64,000 bases of DNA from Octopus sinensis (GCF_006345805.1 NC_043011.1:1612001-1676000); one strand, 5' to 3'; shown: positions 36,066 through 49,929, counted from the stretch's first letter. Made by a program: numbers and translations. The notes: generated from the letters alone by a model not told the origin.

Positions 36066-39000
36066 TATCACTGGAGTTAATAAAATCATTATTACCTGTA
36101 TGTGACAGGGGTGAACTGAAATTAATTACTATACTTTTGGTTGGTTGTTGTTATCGTAATTCTGGTTAAGCTCTGATCAAGCAGACCTGTGATCAAAGTA
36201 TTTCAGCAATGGCTATCACATCTTATTTTTAGAGATTGTATCTGGGACCACATAATCCAATCTGGAAAGTGTAGTCATAGATGCAGTGTCCAATAATGAA
36301 AGAAAAGCCATTGTTTGAGAAGAATTTGGTTGTTGGTTGTTGAATGACCAAGTAGATTCTCCCTTAATGGCATGATTAGCAAATAAAGGAAAAGAGGAAT
36401 AGGCAGCAATGATTTTGGATCAGACAATATTTACTAGAATTATTCTCTCACTATTTTTTGTTGTGAAATCCAATCCTACCTGGCTAAAGTTGGTCATGCA
36501 TTATTTTTCAACCAGTAAAATAAGCTATTATTTATGTACTCAAATGTATTCATTCATCTGCATTCACCCTTATAAATCATGACCGTGTGTCTAGTTTAAA
36601 AATCAATATTTAGATAACATAAAAATTATAGAAATTTGTAAGATCCTTATTTAGAGATATTAAATGAAGATTAACAGCTTTGTAACATCAATGGGATAAA
36701 TTGCCTCAAATGTTAGAGTTCAGGGAATAAAAATGTCGAAGAATATTAAAAAATAAAAATTCAAAGATTATTTTCCTGGGTTGCTTTGCAGCCATTGGAA
36801 AAAAGTTTAATTATTTTAGTATACTTCAATGTTAAGATCAAAGCTGAATAGGTTAATAATAAATAAATAAAAGTTTAATATGGTATATTCATGCAAAAAT
36901 GATAAAATACTTGTTAGCTGCAATAATATTTAGAAACTAAACTGACTGACATTATTCTTAAAGGTTACTACATATTAATATTTCAACTATAGTGTTTCGT
37001 TTTTTTTTCTGTTTTATATGTTAGTCAGAAAAAGAGAGGAAGTGTCCATAGTTTTTGCAGACTTTCTTTTGCTGACTTTTTCAGGATAATGAGATCATTG
37101 TGATTGATGTTCTTTGGGACATTTTAAACTATTAAAAACAGCACAACATGAAGTAGTGGTTAACTGGAAAGGTAGGGATCTGACTGAGTACTTTGCAGTA
37201 TTTGTTTTGATTCTCTGTGCTCTGAGTTGAGATCCTGCCGTAGCTGAATTTGCCTTTCGAGGTTGATGTAAAAGTACCAATCCAGCGTAATGGTTGGTCA
37301 GAATTGGTCAGAATTGCCTGAGCATCAGTCTGAATGCTTGATATCTTTTATGATTTTTTTTTAGTTCTGACAGCAGCAATTGTGATGACATTGGTGCCAA
37401 GCTTTATCAGCCTCACCCTTCCCTTGGACATCATTGGAAGTGTAGTGAAGGGAGACTTATAAACACTAACCCTCCACAGAAAGAACCTTACTCACACCTG
37501 TACCACGGAGAGGAACTTTTCAGCTGTAGAAATTTATGATCCACCATGGCTGAAAGAGGTCATGTACGATTAACCAAAGAACGTTCTTTATGATGACATG
37601 GTGTTTGTATTAAGGCAATGTTTTTGCCATTGATCAAAAGTAAGTTGGAGGTTGCATCAGCAGAAAATCTTAAAAGTTGAGAGTACAGCATAAGTGGCAT
37701 GGTTATATATTAAAGTGTGATGAATGCACAAATAGAATAAACTTGTTTCTTTGTCAAACATAGTAGCAGCAGGTCAGGGCTGTTGCTATACATGAAGCAA
37801 ACTAGGTTATTGCTTAGCATGTCACAAATAACTTCTATAAAAGTTTTCAATCCAATTACAAACATAAAAACTTCCTGACAAAGAGAGCTGGTGAGGTCAT
37901 TCACAAGACAAAACAAGAAAGAGAGCATGGGTAGGGAGCAGAGCCTTATATGGTATTATGACCTTTCACATGCATTCATGTGAAATACTTCAAACTTTTC
38001 CCCTGTAACAAATTTACTCAGTGGTAGTATGAACATAAAACTATAGCTTCCTTGTTCACAAGTTAACTATATTTTTTTTCTATATTTTCCAATTGGTGTA
38101 ATGAAAATGATGGCTAGTGCATATTGTAGAAAATAATTGGTGAAGGAGGTTTCATTGTAGGAGTAGAGGAAGGGAGTATGCACTGTAAGACTGAGAATGG
38201 AGAGCACATTGTAAGGCTAGTACACGTAAGGTACAGAATACCCTGGCAGTGGCCCCGCAGCAGTAATAATGATGATAATGAAAGGTATAAAATAAAGAGA
38301 AAAAATCTAAATATTTCATTAGATCAAATTTTGGGTGATGTTAATCACTGTCGATAGAATTAGAGTAAAATGTTTCTAACTGTTGAAGTAAAATTCACTA
38401 CTTGTCTCTTATAATGACAATTAATGAGGCAGAAGAAAATTCACTGTTGTCATTTGAGATTTATTTGGCAGCAGACCAAAATTATATTGATTCCTGTAAC
38501 AAAACAATGGGTGTTTTTTGGCAGCTCATTGGTCAAAGCTATCATAACTCAATTAATAGGCTGGTTACCTGACATGAGTATACTAACATTTAGTACTTGT
38601 GCATCCTATTTAATCTATGCACGAGTTCTTTACTGTAACTAATTTTAGTTAAATGTCATGAAATACTTGATGTATTTTCTCTTCATTCTTTGTGGAATAT
38701 CATGCTCTAGTCTTATTGAAGACATTGCTTTTGTGTATTTCTTTGTTTTCTATGTGTGTTAGTGTGTGTATGTGTATGTATGTTAATCTGTGTAAGTACG
38801 TGCACATCTGTGTGTCTATGCTCTTGTATTTGGTAATATGTCTGCGAGAGGATAATTATATTGACTTCTAAGGAACAATTTATGACAGTTAAATTAAGGA
38901 ATAATTTTAAAATCTACTGACAAGATATTGTTATATTCAGACAGGTAATTTGTAATCAAAATGTATTAAATTTATTTTGAAAATGTGTGTTTTAGTTTAA

Positions 39001-39370
39001 TAAAAGAAATATTACGAGAAAAGCCTATAATAATCATAATGGTTTTTGTCATGTGTACAAGACTGTAAATTTTAGAATAACTTAGATCAACCTCAATGCT
39101 TAACTAGCATTATTTTATCAACCATCAAGAGGATGAAATGTAAAGTCACTCTTAGCAGGATTTGAACTAAAAATATAAAGTGATGTGAATTAAAAACCGT
39201 AAAGTATTTTGCCCACTGTTTTACCAATTCTGCTACTCCGTTGCCCAATCAACAACAGCAATTATAGTTATTTCTTTAATTGGAGTGGGTAGTATGTTTT
39301 TGGGGTAGTTGTTGCTTAATAGATTGTTACTTAGCTTGATATAATCAGTCCATTAGCAGAAAAGTCAACA

Positions 39371-39620
39371 TTGTACGTGAAGAATTCCACCCACTTCACA
39401 GAATTGATCAAGGATACCCCCACTGAATCCAACCAGATGGTGAGTTTAGATGTGATAAGTCTGTTCACCAAAGTCCCAACAGGTGAAGCACTATGGGTAA
39501 TTCAAGAAAAACTAGTGACAGACACCCATCTAGAATGTACTAGTATACCAATAAGAAACTTGATGGAAATGTTGACCTTCTGTGTAGAAACTACCTACTT
39601 CAATATGGACACTGATATAT
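39371..39620 (+). mobile_element. Penelope-like RT fragment
   Basis: YVKNSTHFTELIK...MVSLDVISLFTKVP...LMEMLTFCVETTYF...YQ matches PLE RT motifs (SFDVxSLFT; CxxxTYF). Confidence 0.85.
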
Positions 39621-39859
39621 ATCAATTTCCTTCTTCATACATTAAAAATTGTCAGCGGTGGTGCCCCAGCATGGCCGCGGCCTTCGGGCTAAAACATTTT
39701 TAAGGATTTAAGGATACAAATAAAACAATTTCAAATGCTTTTCTTGTTACTACAGATACTTTTTCCCTATGCTGCATTGTTAGCCCAGAATATTGTTTTG
39801 AAGAATTCCATGTGCCAACAGTTAGGCAGACTGATCAAACTTTTGAATTGTCCTTTTAT

Positions 39860-40230
39860 TCTTTTATTTGTTTCAGTCATTTGACTGTGGCCATACTGGA
39901 GACCTGCCTTGAAAGGTTTTAGTTGAACAAATCGACCCCGGGACTTATTTTTTAAGCTTAGTACTTATTTTATCAGTCTCTTTTGCCAGACCGCAAAGTT
40001 ATGAGGACTTAAACAAATCAACACTGGTTGTCAAGCAGTGATGGGGCACAAGCACACACACACACACACATATATACTCGACGGGCTTCCTTCAGTTACT
40101 GTCTACTAAATCCACCCACAAAAATTGGTCAACCTGAGGTTATAGCAGAAGACATTTATCCAAGGTGCCATGCAGTGGGACTAAACCTGGAACCCCGTGG
40201 CTGGGAAGCCAACTTCTTACCACACAGCCA
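39860..40230 (-). mobile_element. Main SINE copy
   Basis: Reverse match to the family. Confidence 0.75.
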
Positions 40231-40399
40231 TATCTGCACACACAGACACACACACACAAACACACGCACACACACACACACACACATGCATATATATATA
40301 TAAAAAGAAAGTCAGAAGGTTTAAGATGAATATATTTCTTTCACCAGCTGATGTTCATAAGATTGCCATCATTTCACAGCCAAAGTTATGGAAAAATAA

Positions 40400-40770
40400 T
40401 TTATTTTAGTGTACGATAAATCATTTTACATGTCAGTATATATAAGAAATGGTAAAGACCATGGGATTGCATCTAGAAAGTTCCCCTCCAAGGCACAAGT
40501 CCAGGCAAGGTTGTTTATGGAAGACCAGCAGTCACCCATGCATACCAGCCTCCCCTCTATATGCCACCAATGTCTCCTTAGGAAAAGGCAAAGGCTGATA
40601 CAGCTTGGCATCAGTGACAATGCTGTTCATTTCTACAGCTGAGTGAACTGGAGCAATGTGAAATAAAGTATCTTGCTCAAGAAAAAAATACACAGCCTGG
40701 TTTGAGAGTCAACCTCATTACTTCATGATCATGAATCCAATGATCTAACCACTGAGCCATGCACCTTCAC
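40400..40770 (-). mobile_element. tRNA-headed SINE (third family; related copy at ~28960-29190)
   Basis: On the minus strand: gtgaaggtgcatggctcagtggttag...ttgagcaagatactttatttcacattgctccagttcactcagc. Confidence 0.6.
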
Positions 40771-40784
40771 TGTCTGTGTATATA

Positions 40785-40817
<33 letters not shown>

Positions 40818-40819
40818 TT

Positions 40820-41040
40820 CTTTACTACCCACAAGGGGCTAAACACAGAGGGGATAAACAAGGACAGACAAACGGATTAAGTCAATTACATCGACCCCAG
40901 TGCGTAATTGGTACTTAATTTATCGACGCCGAAAGGATGAAAGGCAAAGTCCACCTCGGCGGAATTTGAACCCAGAATGTAACAGCAGATGAAATACAGC
41001 TACGCATTTCGCCCGGTGTGCTAACGTTTCTGCCAGCTCA
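40820..41040 (-). mobile_element. MetaSINE-like copy
   Basis: Near-identical to 15259-15481. Confidence 0.75.
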
Positions 41041-41439
41041 TATATATATAATATGATATAATATGATAGATTCTCTTGTAATGAACAAAAAATGAAGGTT
41101 CAGTAAAATAAAGCATTAATCATGTTCTATGGACACTAATGTGTCTCGTGAGACCTACTGGTGCCTTGCAAACTTTTTGGCAAATAGAACAAGAATTTTT
41201 AGTCAAATGTATCAACCCTTGTACTTACTTTTTAAAACCTGTTTCTTATTCTTTTGGTCTTTTGCCAAATCAATAATTTACGGGGATGTAAACCCACCAA
41301 CAATGGTTGTATAACAGTGGTGCTCATTTACATCTGTCACATGTTATTATGGCAAGGCGATAAAAAAAACAGACACACATGCACACAAATGCACATGTGC
41401 ATACATTCATACATATGTTCAAATGAAATAATATATAGG

Positions 41440-41980
41440 TATAGGAGTGACTGTGTGGTAAGAAGCTCGCTTCCCAACAACATGGTTCTGCGTTCAGTTC
41501 CACTACGTGGCACCTTGGGCAAGTGTCTTCTATTATAGCCTTAGGCCAACTGAAACCTTCTGAGTGGAAATAAACATCATTGGCGTTAGGAAGGGCATCC
41601 AGCTGTAGAAACACTGCCAGATAAGACTGGAGCCTGGTGCAGCCTTCTGGCTTCCCAGATCCCCGGTCAAACCGTCCAACCCATGCTAGCATGGAGAACG
41701 GACGTTAAACGATGATGATGATGATGATGATAAGCTTCTGAGAAGCTGAAAGATACCTGTCATGTGTGTGTGTGTTTGTCCCCCACCATCAATTGACCAC
41801 AGGTGTTAGTATGTTTACATCCCTGGAACCTAGTGGCTTGGCAAAACGACTGATAGAAAAAGTACCAGGTTTAAAAAAAAAATAAAAGTACAGGAGTTGA
41901 TTCATTGGACTAAAATTCTTCAAGGCAGTGCCTCAGCATGGCTGCAGTCTAATGACTGAAACAAGTAAAAGATAAAAAAA
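41440..41980 (+). mobile_element. Main SINE copy containing a (GAT)n-tailed retroposon piece (~41575-41730)
   Basis: The SINE head and tail flank tggcgttaggaagggc...aacgatgatgat. Confidence 0.7.
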
Positions 41981-42084
41981 TAAAGAAAAAATATATATAT
42001 CTATATGAAAAGAGATGATACGTAAAACAATAAAACAAAAAATAATTAGTCATGATAATTAAGTGCTCAATTAATCAAAAGTCA

Positions 42085-42310
42085 TTAACCCTTTTGTTAC
42101 TGTATTTATTTTGAGATTCTCTGTTTCTTTCAATTACTTTAAATATAACAAAGAATTTAGTAGAATAACTTAGTTATCATTAAGCTAGCGTTAGGAACAT
42201 AAATAGTGACTAAGGTTTGGTGGAAGATTTTAATTCAAATCTTATGAAAACAAGACATTTGTACTCAGAGCCAGAGCCGGTTTCAGCCGGATTGGTAACG
42301 AAAGGGTTAA
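42085..42310. mobile_element. TTAA-specific MITE, copy 5
   Basis: TTAA TSDs, with TIRs intact. Confidence 0.9.
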
Positions 42311-42781
42311 GTTCAGCATGTTATAACATTGCACTTAATTCTTGCATCTATACACATAATCAGCTAAAACGATCCATAAGAGCAATGTATATTTGGAATA
42401 AAAAGAAGGAAAGCATAGATTTCCCAGATAGATCATAATTACTTGTAACATCTGTTTCATTAGAAATAAACATCATTAATTCTATAATTACATAATTAAG
42501 ATACATAATAAATGGCAATTAATTAGAATGAAATTAATCTAAAGCAGTGCATGTATCTGAGTGTGTGTGTCTAGGTATGTTGTATGTGTAAGGTGTGTGT
42601 GTGTGTGTGTGCATGTGTGTATATGTGTATATTTCTATTTGCTTATATGTATTTAAAGGTATATGTATATCTTTTATTTTTTATTGTTTATGTGTTTTAG
42701 CCATTAGACTGTGGCCATGCTAGGGCACTTCCTTGAAGGAGTTTTAGCTGAATGAATCGACTACAATACTTAATTTTTGTA

Positions 42782-42817
<36 letters not shown>

Positions 42818-42819
42818 TA

Positions 42820-43127
42820 TCATGTGATCACATGACCGACCAGACCATCAGATGTTGTTACACATCACTGGTCACAATGCGTTCGCATTGTTTTAGCCTT
42901 CAAATGACGCCACCCTGCTGGCTAAGTGAGCAGACCAACAGAAGAAAGTGTGCGAGAAAGAGTGGTGAAAGAGTACAACAGGGATCACCACCCCCTGCCA
43001 GAGCCTCGTGGAGCTTTTTAGGTGTTTTCGCTCAATAAACACTCACAACGCCCGTCCTGGGAATTGAAACCACGATCCTACGACCGCGAGTCTGCTGCCC
43101 TAACCACTGGGCCATTGCGCCTCCACA
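42820..43127 (-). mobile_element. tRNA-derived SINE (27804 family, different tail)
   Basis: Reverse head ...cctaaccactgggccattgcgcctccaca. Confidence 0.8.
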
Positions 43128-43560
43128 TATATTTATATATATGTATGTATAGGTAACTGCGCTTGTGCGGTGGGTTTGAAAAAGTATAATGTATATTGAT
43201 GGAGCATGTGTATCTTCAGTGTTGGATAAATATGCTTTAATTTTACCGCCCTTACTGAAGAAACACAGATGGCAAATTAATTTATTTCCACATTAATGCA
43301 GAAACTCGAGTATAAGAGTAACTATTGAAATGTTTTTACTTTTCATTCCCTTTGAAATTACTTTTATTTGTGGTTTGGGCTCTAACTGCAGTTTCCAGCT
43401 TGTAAGGTCACCTCTTTTGTGTATAAAAATGTACACTAATTTATACATATATATATATATATATATTTTTATTTATTATCATTTGAGGGAATAAAATCCA
43501 AAACTTACAAGGAAACAGAATTCAATTTAGAAATACTAAATCAAATTCCACACAATATAA

Positions 43561-43902
43561 TATATATATAAAATATTAGAAAGAAACCACCTTTTATCAA
43601 TTCAAAATGAACAATTAAATTACACCATCTAGAAAATTACATATAATAGAAAAGTTAAAATTAAAATAGCAATAGTAAGTAAAGATTAAGTAAATTACAA
43701 AAATAATAAAAATGTATATAATAGGTAGAAAAACCATTATAACCTTTATATACATTTTTATTATTTTTGTAATTTACTTAATCTTTACTTTTTATTGTTA
43801 TTTTAATTTTAACTTTTCTATTATATGTAATTTTCTAGATGGTGTAATTCAATTATTAATTTTGAATTGATAAAAGGTGGTTTCTTTCTAATATTTTATA
43901 TA
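43561..43902. repeat. Fold-back palindrome: ~156-bp arms, 26-nt centre, beside (TA)n runs
   Basis: 43561-43720 versus 43747-43902, about 6 mismatches by eye. Confidence 0.9.
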
Positions 43903-44569
43903 GATATATATATATATATAAATTTTCAGAATGAGATAAAAATCCAAGGCTGTGAAAAATTTTAGAACATTTATAAATAGAAGGTATTATTGCTGTTTCC
44001 AGGATATTTTATATATCCCTTCATCGGAGACGGTGTGAGAAAATAGTTAAGCAATAGTTATTCTAGAGAAGATATGAAAAAGAGAGTGAAGTGGAGGAAT
44101 GAAAACAGATATGAGATATGCAGGAATATTGTGCAATAGGTATATATATATATGTGTGTGTGTGTATATACACAAGCACACACATATAGATCTAGATATG
44201 TGAGATACTCTCACGGTCATCTATATTTAAGCCAGCAATGGTTTATGGTAAGTATAGTATTTTTTCCTGATGAACTGGGATTAGTGCTGTTCCACATTAA
44301 TCTTCATGAATTATGCATCTTAATTACATAACTATAGAATTAATTGTGCTTATTTCTCATGAGATAAGCATAATGTTGAAAATAAATTATGATTGACCTG
44401 TGAAACTTGTGTTTATTCGCTTTTTTAAAAGTTTAATACACACACACACATACACACATGCACACACACATATATATTTATATATGTTTATATATATATA
44501 TATGTGCATATATGTATGTATATACATATATGTATGTGTTTATATGTATGTATATACATATATGTATAG

Positions 44570-44750
44570 ATCGTTAGCTACTACACACATTTTTTTTCTC
44601 TCCTTGTTTTTTTCTGTGTATCTTTCTGTAGAAGAGCATAGGCTCGAAACGTAAAAGACTTTTTCTATTCTTGAGCGCTTTACTAATACATCTGTTGTTT
44701 TGTACACCACCTGCCTTCGTCTTTTGTTTATTTTCGTAAACTTTCCTGTT
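44570..44750 (+). mobile_element. PLE-type terminal repeat fragment (second family) abutting (TA)n
   Basis: It matches 51845-52000 in reverse and contains a hammerhead-like motif. Confidence 0.65.
44621..44658 (+). ncRNA. Hammerhead-like motif with a variant CUGUAGA core
   Basis: UCUUU-CUGUAGA-A-GAGC(auag)GCUC-GAAA-CGUA-AAAGA. Confidence 0.55.
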
Positions 44751-44771
44751 ATATGTATATATATATATATA

Positions 44772-44813
<42 letters not shown>

Positions 44814-46215
44814 TATATATATATGCATAATACATACATACACACACAAACACACAACACACACACACACATACACACAGAGGCACAGTCATGACAGTGT
44901 TAAGAGGTTGTCTCCCATCTTTATGATTTTGAGTTCCCTATCACTGCATGGCACATTGAACAATTAGTCAAATACTTGTGTGTGGATTTGGTAGATGAAA
45001 CCTGAGAAAGTGAAACTTATGTATGTATGTATACATGCAGGCAGGCATACATATGTGTGCATATGTGTAGTGTGTATGTATATATGTTTATGAGTGTATG
45101 TGCATGGATTTGCACCTCCTGATTTTGACATTATGTTGCAGTTGTGACCAAGTTTCACCATCGTACAGTGTTATCCATTTCTAATCTTCTGTGAAAACAT
45201 GTCTAGTCACAGGGAATATTTATCTTGCATGAAAACACATGAAATTTTGGCATCAAGAAGGGTATCCAGGCATAGAATATATCTACCACAATGAATTCTG
45301 TTTAATCCATACAAACATAGAAAATGGATGCTAAAACAATGATGATTGAGTGTGTGCATGTGTACACATGAGCGTATATATGTATAAAACACATATTTCA
45401 CACACACATATAAGACTATATAAACATGATTTATATGGTTTTATATGTGTGAGTGTGAATGTAGTTGTGTGTATGAATACAGATACATAATATTATCAAC
45501 AGAAGATAATTGAAGAGAATTTTCATTGTATGAGTTTTATGTTCTCTTTCAAGTATCCAAGTAGCTTAAACATAGAATAAAATTTCTGTGTCCCCTATAT
45601 ATGATGTTGGCCACATAAATTGATATGTTAAGCTTCACTTGTGTAGACACAGTTTTCAACTATTAATATAATTTAATATCATATTTCTTCCTTTGTTTCC
45701 CATAGTTATGTTTATTTTGCACAAAATTCCAAAATTCAATTACATTGGAAATATTCCTGAGAAACTCAAAGATTTAGTAATTTTACCCTCATCATGAATT
45801 ACTATGGAGGTTAACCTGTTCTATTTGATGATGTCTCTTACAGGAAATACTATGTAAATATCATACAAGTTATTAATTTCTTAAAACACAAGTAAATTGG
45901 TTTTCTTGTTATTTATGGTTAGTCTTTTAATAACAGAGCATCATCCTCATATTTATGAAAATAATATTAATAAGTTCTGTATTTGCCACAAGAGTAACAT
46001 ACAAGGCAAATTACAAAGATAAGATGCAAAAGCAGTAGATGCTTTTCATCAAATGTATATATATATATATTATATATATATATATATTGGTTGGCATCCT
46101 TTTTGTCTCAGGAGACAATGGAGTTGCGCATAAAATAGTCTAGTCCGGCTTTTACATTTCATGTCCTAATACATGGTCAGCATGGGAATAAAAAGTAATA
46201 ATTATTTAAAATTAT

Positions 46216-46570
46216 AATTATAATTTAGGGTATCTAAGAGATACCACCACGCTGGAAATAGCAGTCAAAACTTGACTCCAAAAGCACTTTAAATGTTTGT
46301 ACAGCAGCATCAAGTTTCCCACCAGCTCCTGGTGCTGCGTGAACATTTAATGTGGTTTTAGAGTCAAGTTTTGACTGCTATTTCCAGCGTAGTAGTATTT
46401 CTTAGATACCCTAAATTATAATTTTAAATATAGATATATATATATAAGGATAAGATCGTTAATTTAAATTACGATCTTATCAAGTGGCCACATTTAATGT
46501 GGTTTTAGAGCCAGGTTTTGGCTGCTATTTCTAGCATGGCGGTATCTCTTAGATATCCTAAATTATAATT
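46216..46570. repeat. Inverted-repeat complex: ~82-bp arms (46216-46297 / 46342-46423), a 33-bp palindrome (46449-46481) and a third arm copy (46490-46570)
   Basis: tttagggtatctaagagatacc...gtcaaaacttgactc versus gagtcaagttttgac...cttagataccctaaa. The small palindrome is gataagatcgttaatttaaattacgatcttatc. Confidence 0.85.
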
Positions 46571-47532
46571 TTATATATATATATATTTGTGTGTGTGTAT
46601 GTATGTATTCACTTGATGCAAGACACATACAGACAGAATGATAAATAGAATGATGAATATAAATAGATATAAATATATTATTTGATATTATTACTGTGGC
46701 AAGCTGGCAAAATCATTAGCATGTTGAACAAAATATTTAGCGGCATTTTTTCTAGCTTTTGCATTTAGAACTCAGACTCCACTCTGTTCAACCTTACTTT
46801 TCAGCCTTATGGGTGTGTGGGGGAGGTCAATATAATCAACTTACTCCTTCCCTCAAAACTGCTGTTCTTGTGCCAAAATTTTAAACCATTTTTTGGTATT
46901 GTCAATCAATTGCAGTCAGCAACAGATTTTCTGGTGATAGGACTTCATACTTTTAAAAGAGTAAAATTTGTTGATAAAATTGATTTCAATGGGACTTCGA
47001 GTTTCCCATTAATGGCCTATCAATCTGGTCAGATATGCCATTGAAAGGAAACCTTCTTGTCCCGGTCAAATCGAATTTCATAAATATTTGTGTTTGTGTA
47101 TGTGATATGTGATTTATGTATCATACTTAACATATATACCCTATTGATATACTGTGGTTTGGCTCGGACATAAAGTCTCTTATAGATATGCAATAGATAT
47201 TGAGAAGAGATTAAAAACAAACTATCCTAGCAGTGGCTAGTAAGAGTACGAGATGTATTTTGGCCTTCTCAGGTCTTGTTCATGGTTTGTACTTGCAGCT
47301 ACATGTATAGGCAAAATTTGGTGTCTCTTATATAAGAAACAGTGAATAGTATATTCACTGGATTTTTTAACATAGCATGTCTGTAGTAAGAGACTATAAA
47401 TATACTACATTAAAAAAATAATCAATAGCACTTTAACTTTAAAAATAGACACCATTACATTCATAGATTCAACGTGGTTCATTCATCTGCTGGAAATAGT
47501 TGCTAAATTTCCCTCAGATCACACTTACCAAT

Positions 47533-47740
47533 TTAACCCTCTCATTACCAATGAAACCAGCTCTGGCTCTGAATACAAATGTCTTGTTTTGACAGGTTTT
47601 GAATTAAAATCTTCCACTAAACCTTTGTCACAATTTGTGTTCCTAGTACTAGCTTAATGATAACTAAGTTATTTTACTAAATTCTTTGTTATTTTTAAAA
47701 TAATTGAAAGAAACACAGAGCATCTCAAAATAAACATACA
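47533..47740. mobile_element. TTAA-specific MITE, copy 6 (opposite orientation, one end lost)
   Basis: ttaaccctctcattacc...gagcatctcaaaataaa. Confidence 0.75.
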
Positions 47741-48708
47741 AAGAAAGAGCACAATAGATAATATATTCCTGTATAAAATATGCCTGAAAAGGTTGGAAAT
47801 GTTTCAATTGAAATACTTTTGCTTATAGGTCATCTTAATCAGAACTGATGTGGCATTAATCAATGAGAACTTCTATGAGAAATTTTGACTCTTCATTTTA
47901 TTAATGCATAAATGACAAATATGTCATGATTATGTATACCCACCTAATTAAATTAATTTGAATTATATATCACACAGAAACCTAACCTAATAATCTCTTC
48001 TGCTCTTTGGCTCTTGTCAATAATCACAGTTTGTTCAAATCTAAATTCTGAGTTTGCAAAAATAAAATTTTCTCTTAAGTTACAAATGTTCACATTAAAG
48101 TTGATATTTATAGTTCTAATTTCATGGTAAGAACTAAATGAGAAAGAAATATTGCTTAGGCCTGGATACCAGAACAGTATTACAAATAACATGACCAGAT
48201 AATCTGATGTCTATTCTTAACAGTAAAATGAAGTGAGACATAGATTCAACTGTTCTATAGTGAAGGTGAATTTGCAGCAAAAAACAGCTTCAGCAGATTT
48301 TAATTAAAGACAACTCAGAGTTAGTTGTTTAAATTTTTTTTTAGACTAAAAACTTCAGTGGGTCCCATACAATTGCTCCCATTGTGACTCCAAACATATG
48401 TTCACCCACACAAAGACGTCAGCAAACCAATACCAATAGGATTAGCAGCAAGCTAATACATGATAGATTATTCATCACAGACACATATACAAAACTGGTG
48501 TATTTGGGCTTCATAATATGTGGACTCCTTTGAGAGATGAGCATTTTTACCTGGACTGGCATAGGATCAGCTCCTCTCTCTAAGATACTTTTAGCAGTAA
48601 ACAAGGTCAGTTAGCAGAATTGGTAGGCTAATGATATAAATGAATTGTAGTAGATATAAACAGAAATTTGTTGTATTTTTGTATATGTGAAGTAGATACT
48701 AGCATAGT

Positions 48709-49099
48709 GTGGAGGCACAATGGCCCAGTGGTTAGGGCAGCGGACTCGCGGTCGTAGGATCATAGTTTCGATTCCCAGACCAGGCGTTGTGAGTGTTTAT
48801 TGAGCGAAAACACCTAAAGCTCCACGAGGCTCCGGCAGGGGATGGTGGTGATCCCTGCTGTACTCTTTCTCCACAACTTTCTCTCACTCTTACTTCCTGT
48901 TTCTGTTGTACCTGTATTTCGAAGGGCTGGCCTTGTCACTCTCTGTGTCACGCTGAATATCCCCGAGAACTACGTTAAGGGTGCACGTGTCTGTGGAGTG
49001 CTCAGCCACTTACACGTTAATTTCACGAGCAGGCTGTTCCGTTGATCGGATCAACTGGAACCCTCGTCGTCGTAACCGACGGAGTGCTTCCATCCATCC
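48709..49099 (+). mobile_element. tRNA-derived SINE (27804 family) with an 11-bp TSD
   Basis: TSD actagcatagt at 48698-48708 and 49100-49110. Confidence 0.92.
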
Positions 49100-49929
49100 A
49101 CTAGCATAGTATCTACTTCACATATACCTTGAAGTCTCTCTGACACCAGTGCAGACTTTTTGTCTATTTGTTTTTGTATTAAATACTGTAAACACAGAGT
49201 TTTTATGTTGTTAAGAAAACTACAGTCTATATATTTCTTCACTCAGCAGTGCACATCATGAATATCAGAGCATTTCACAAATAATAACCCACTGTTGAAT
49301 ACTAAGAGGCTTGGACGTGTGAGTTACACTCCTGAAGAATATCTCATCTTCTGGCAAATAATTTTATATTCTGTTCTTCCTGGTCTTCATAAAAAAGCAA
49401 CAAAAACAAGTCTGTTTAAACAAATTTTACCAGCGACTACTTCTCTGATGCAGTCACAAAACAAATGTCTTCTATAACAAGTTGTAGGCCAGAAACTGAA
49501 AGCACTATTATGCTGTTTAGTCTAGTACAAAACATTGTCATCATATTTCTTGTCTGTCTTTCAAGATGACACTTTTATTGAACAAATGAAGTTAAGCTGT
49601 CTATGTTGTTTCTCATGGTGAGAATTGATTACTTTGGAACAATCTAATAACACTTCAGAATGAAGAATTATTATTATTTTCATGGTTGATATTTTTAAAT
49701 GCTGGGCAAACAGAAAAAGTAGACCATCAGTCTGTTGTATTATGTTCCATCTTACTGTGAATTAAGAAAAGAGCCTTTACATTTCTGCTCAAGCTTCTAG
49801 AAATAGTAGCCAAATCTCATGCAAATCATACTCACCATCTTAGTAAAGGAAAGAACATTGTAGATAATGTAATTTTTGTTAACTCTAAAAGAACAGGATG
49901 GTTATGTTTGGAACCTTTGTAATCATATA

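Noticed and set aside
37030-37090. EEVSIVFAD, reminiscent of the adenylyl cyclase VSILFAD motif
   Set aside because: The following residues do not match, an in-frame stop follows and no other cyclase exons were found.
47820-47880. Other CTGATG(A)/CTGAAGA words as possible hammerheads (e.g. 5200, 19800, 31935, 47845, 61340)
   Set aside because: None has a helix II followed by GAAA and a matching helix I.
48709-48790. tRNA-like sequence (also at 27804, 30473, 43050, 40700)
   Set aside because: These are SINE heads with A/B boxes. There is no complete cloverleaf, and they continue into shared SINE bodies with TSDs.
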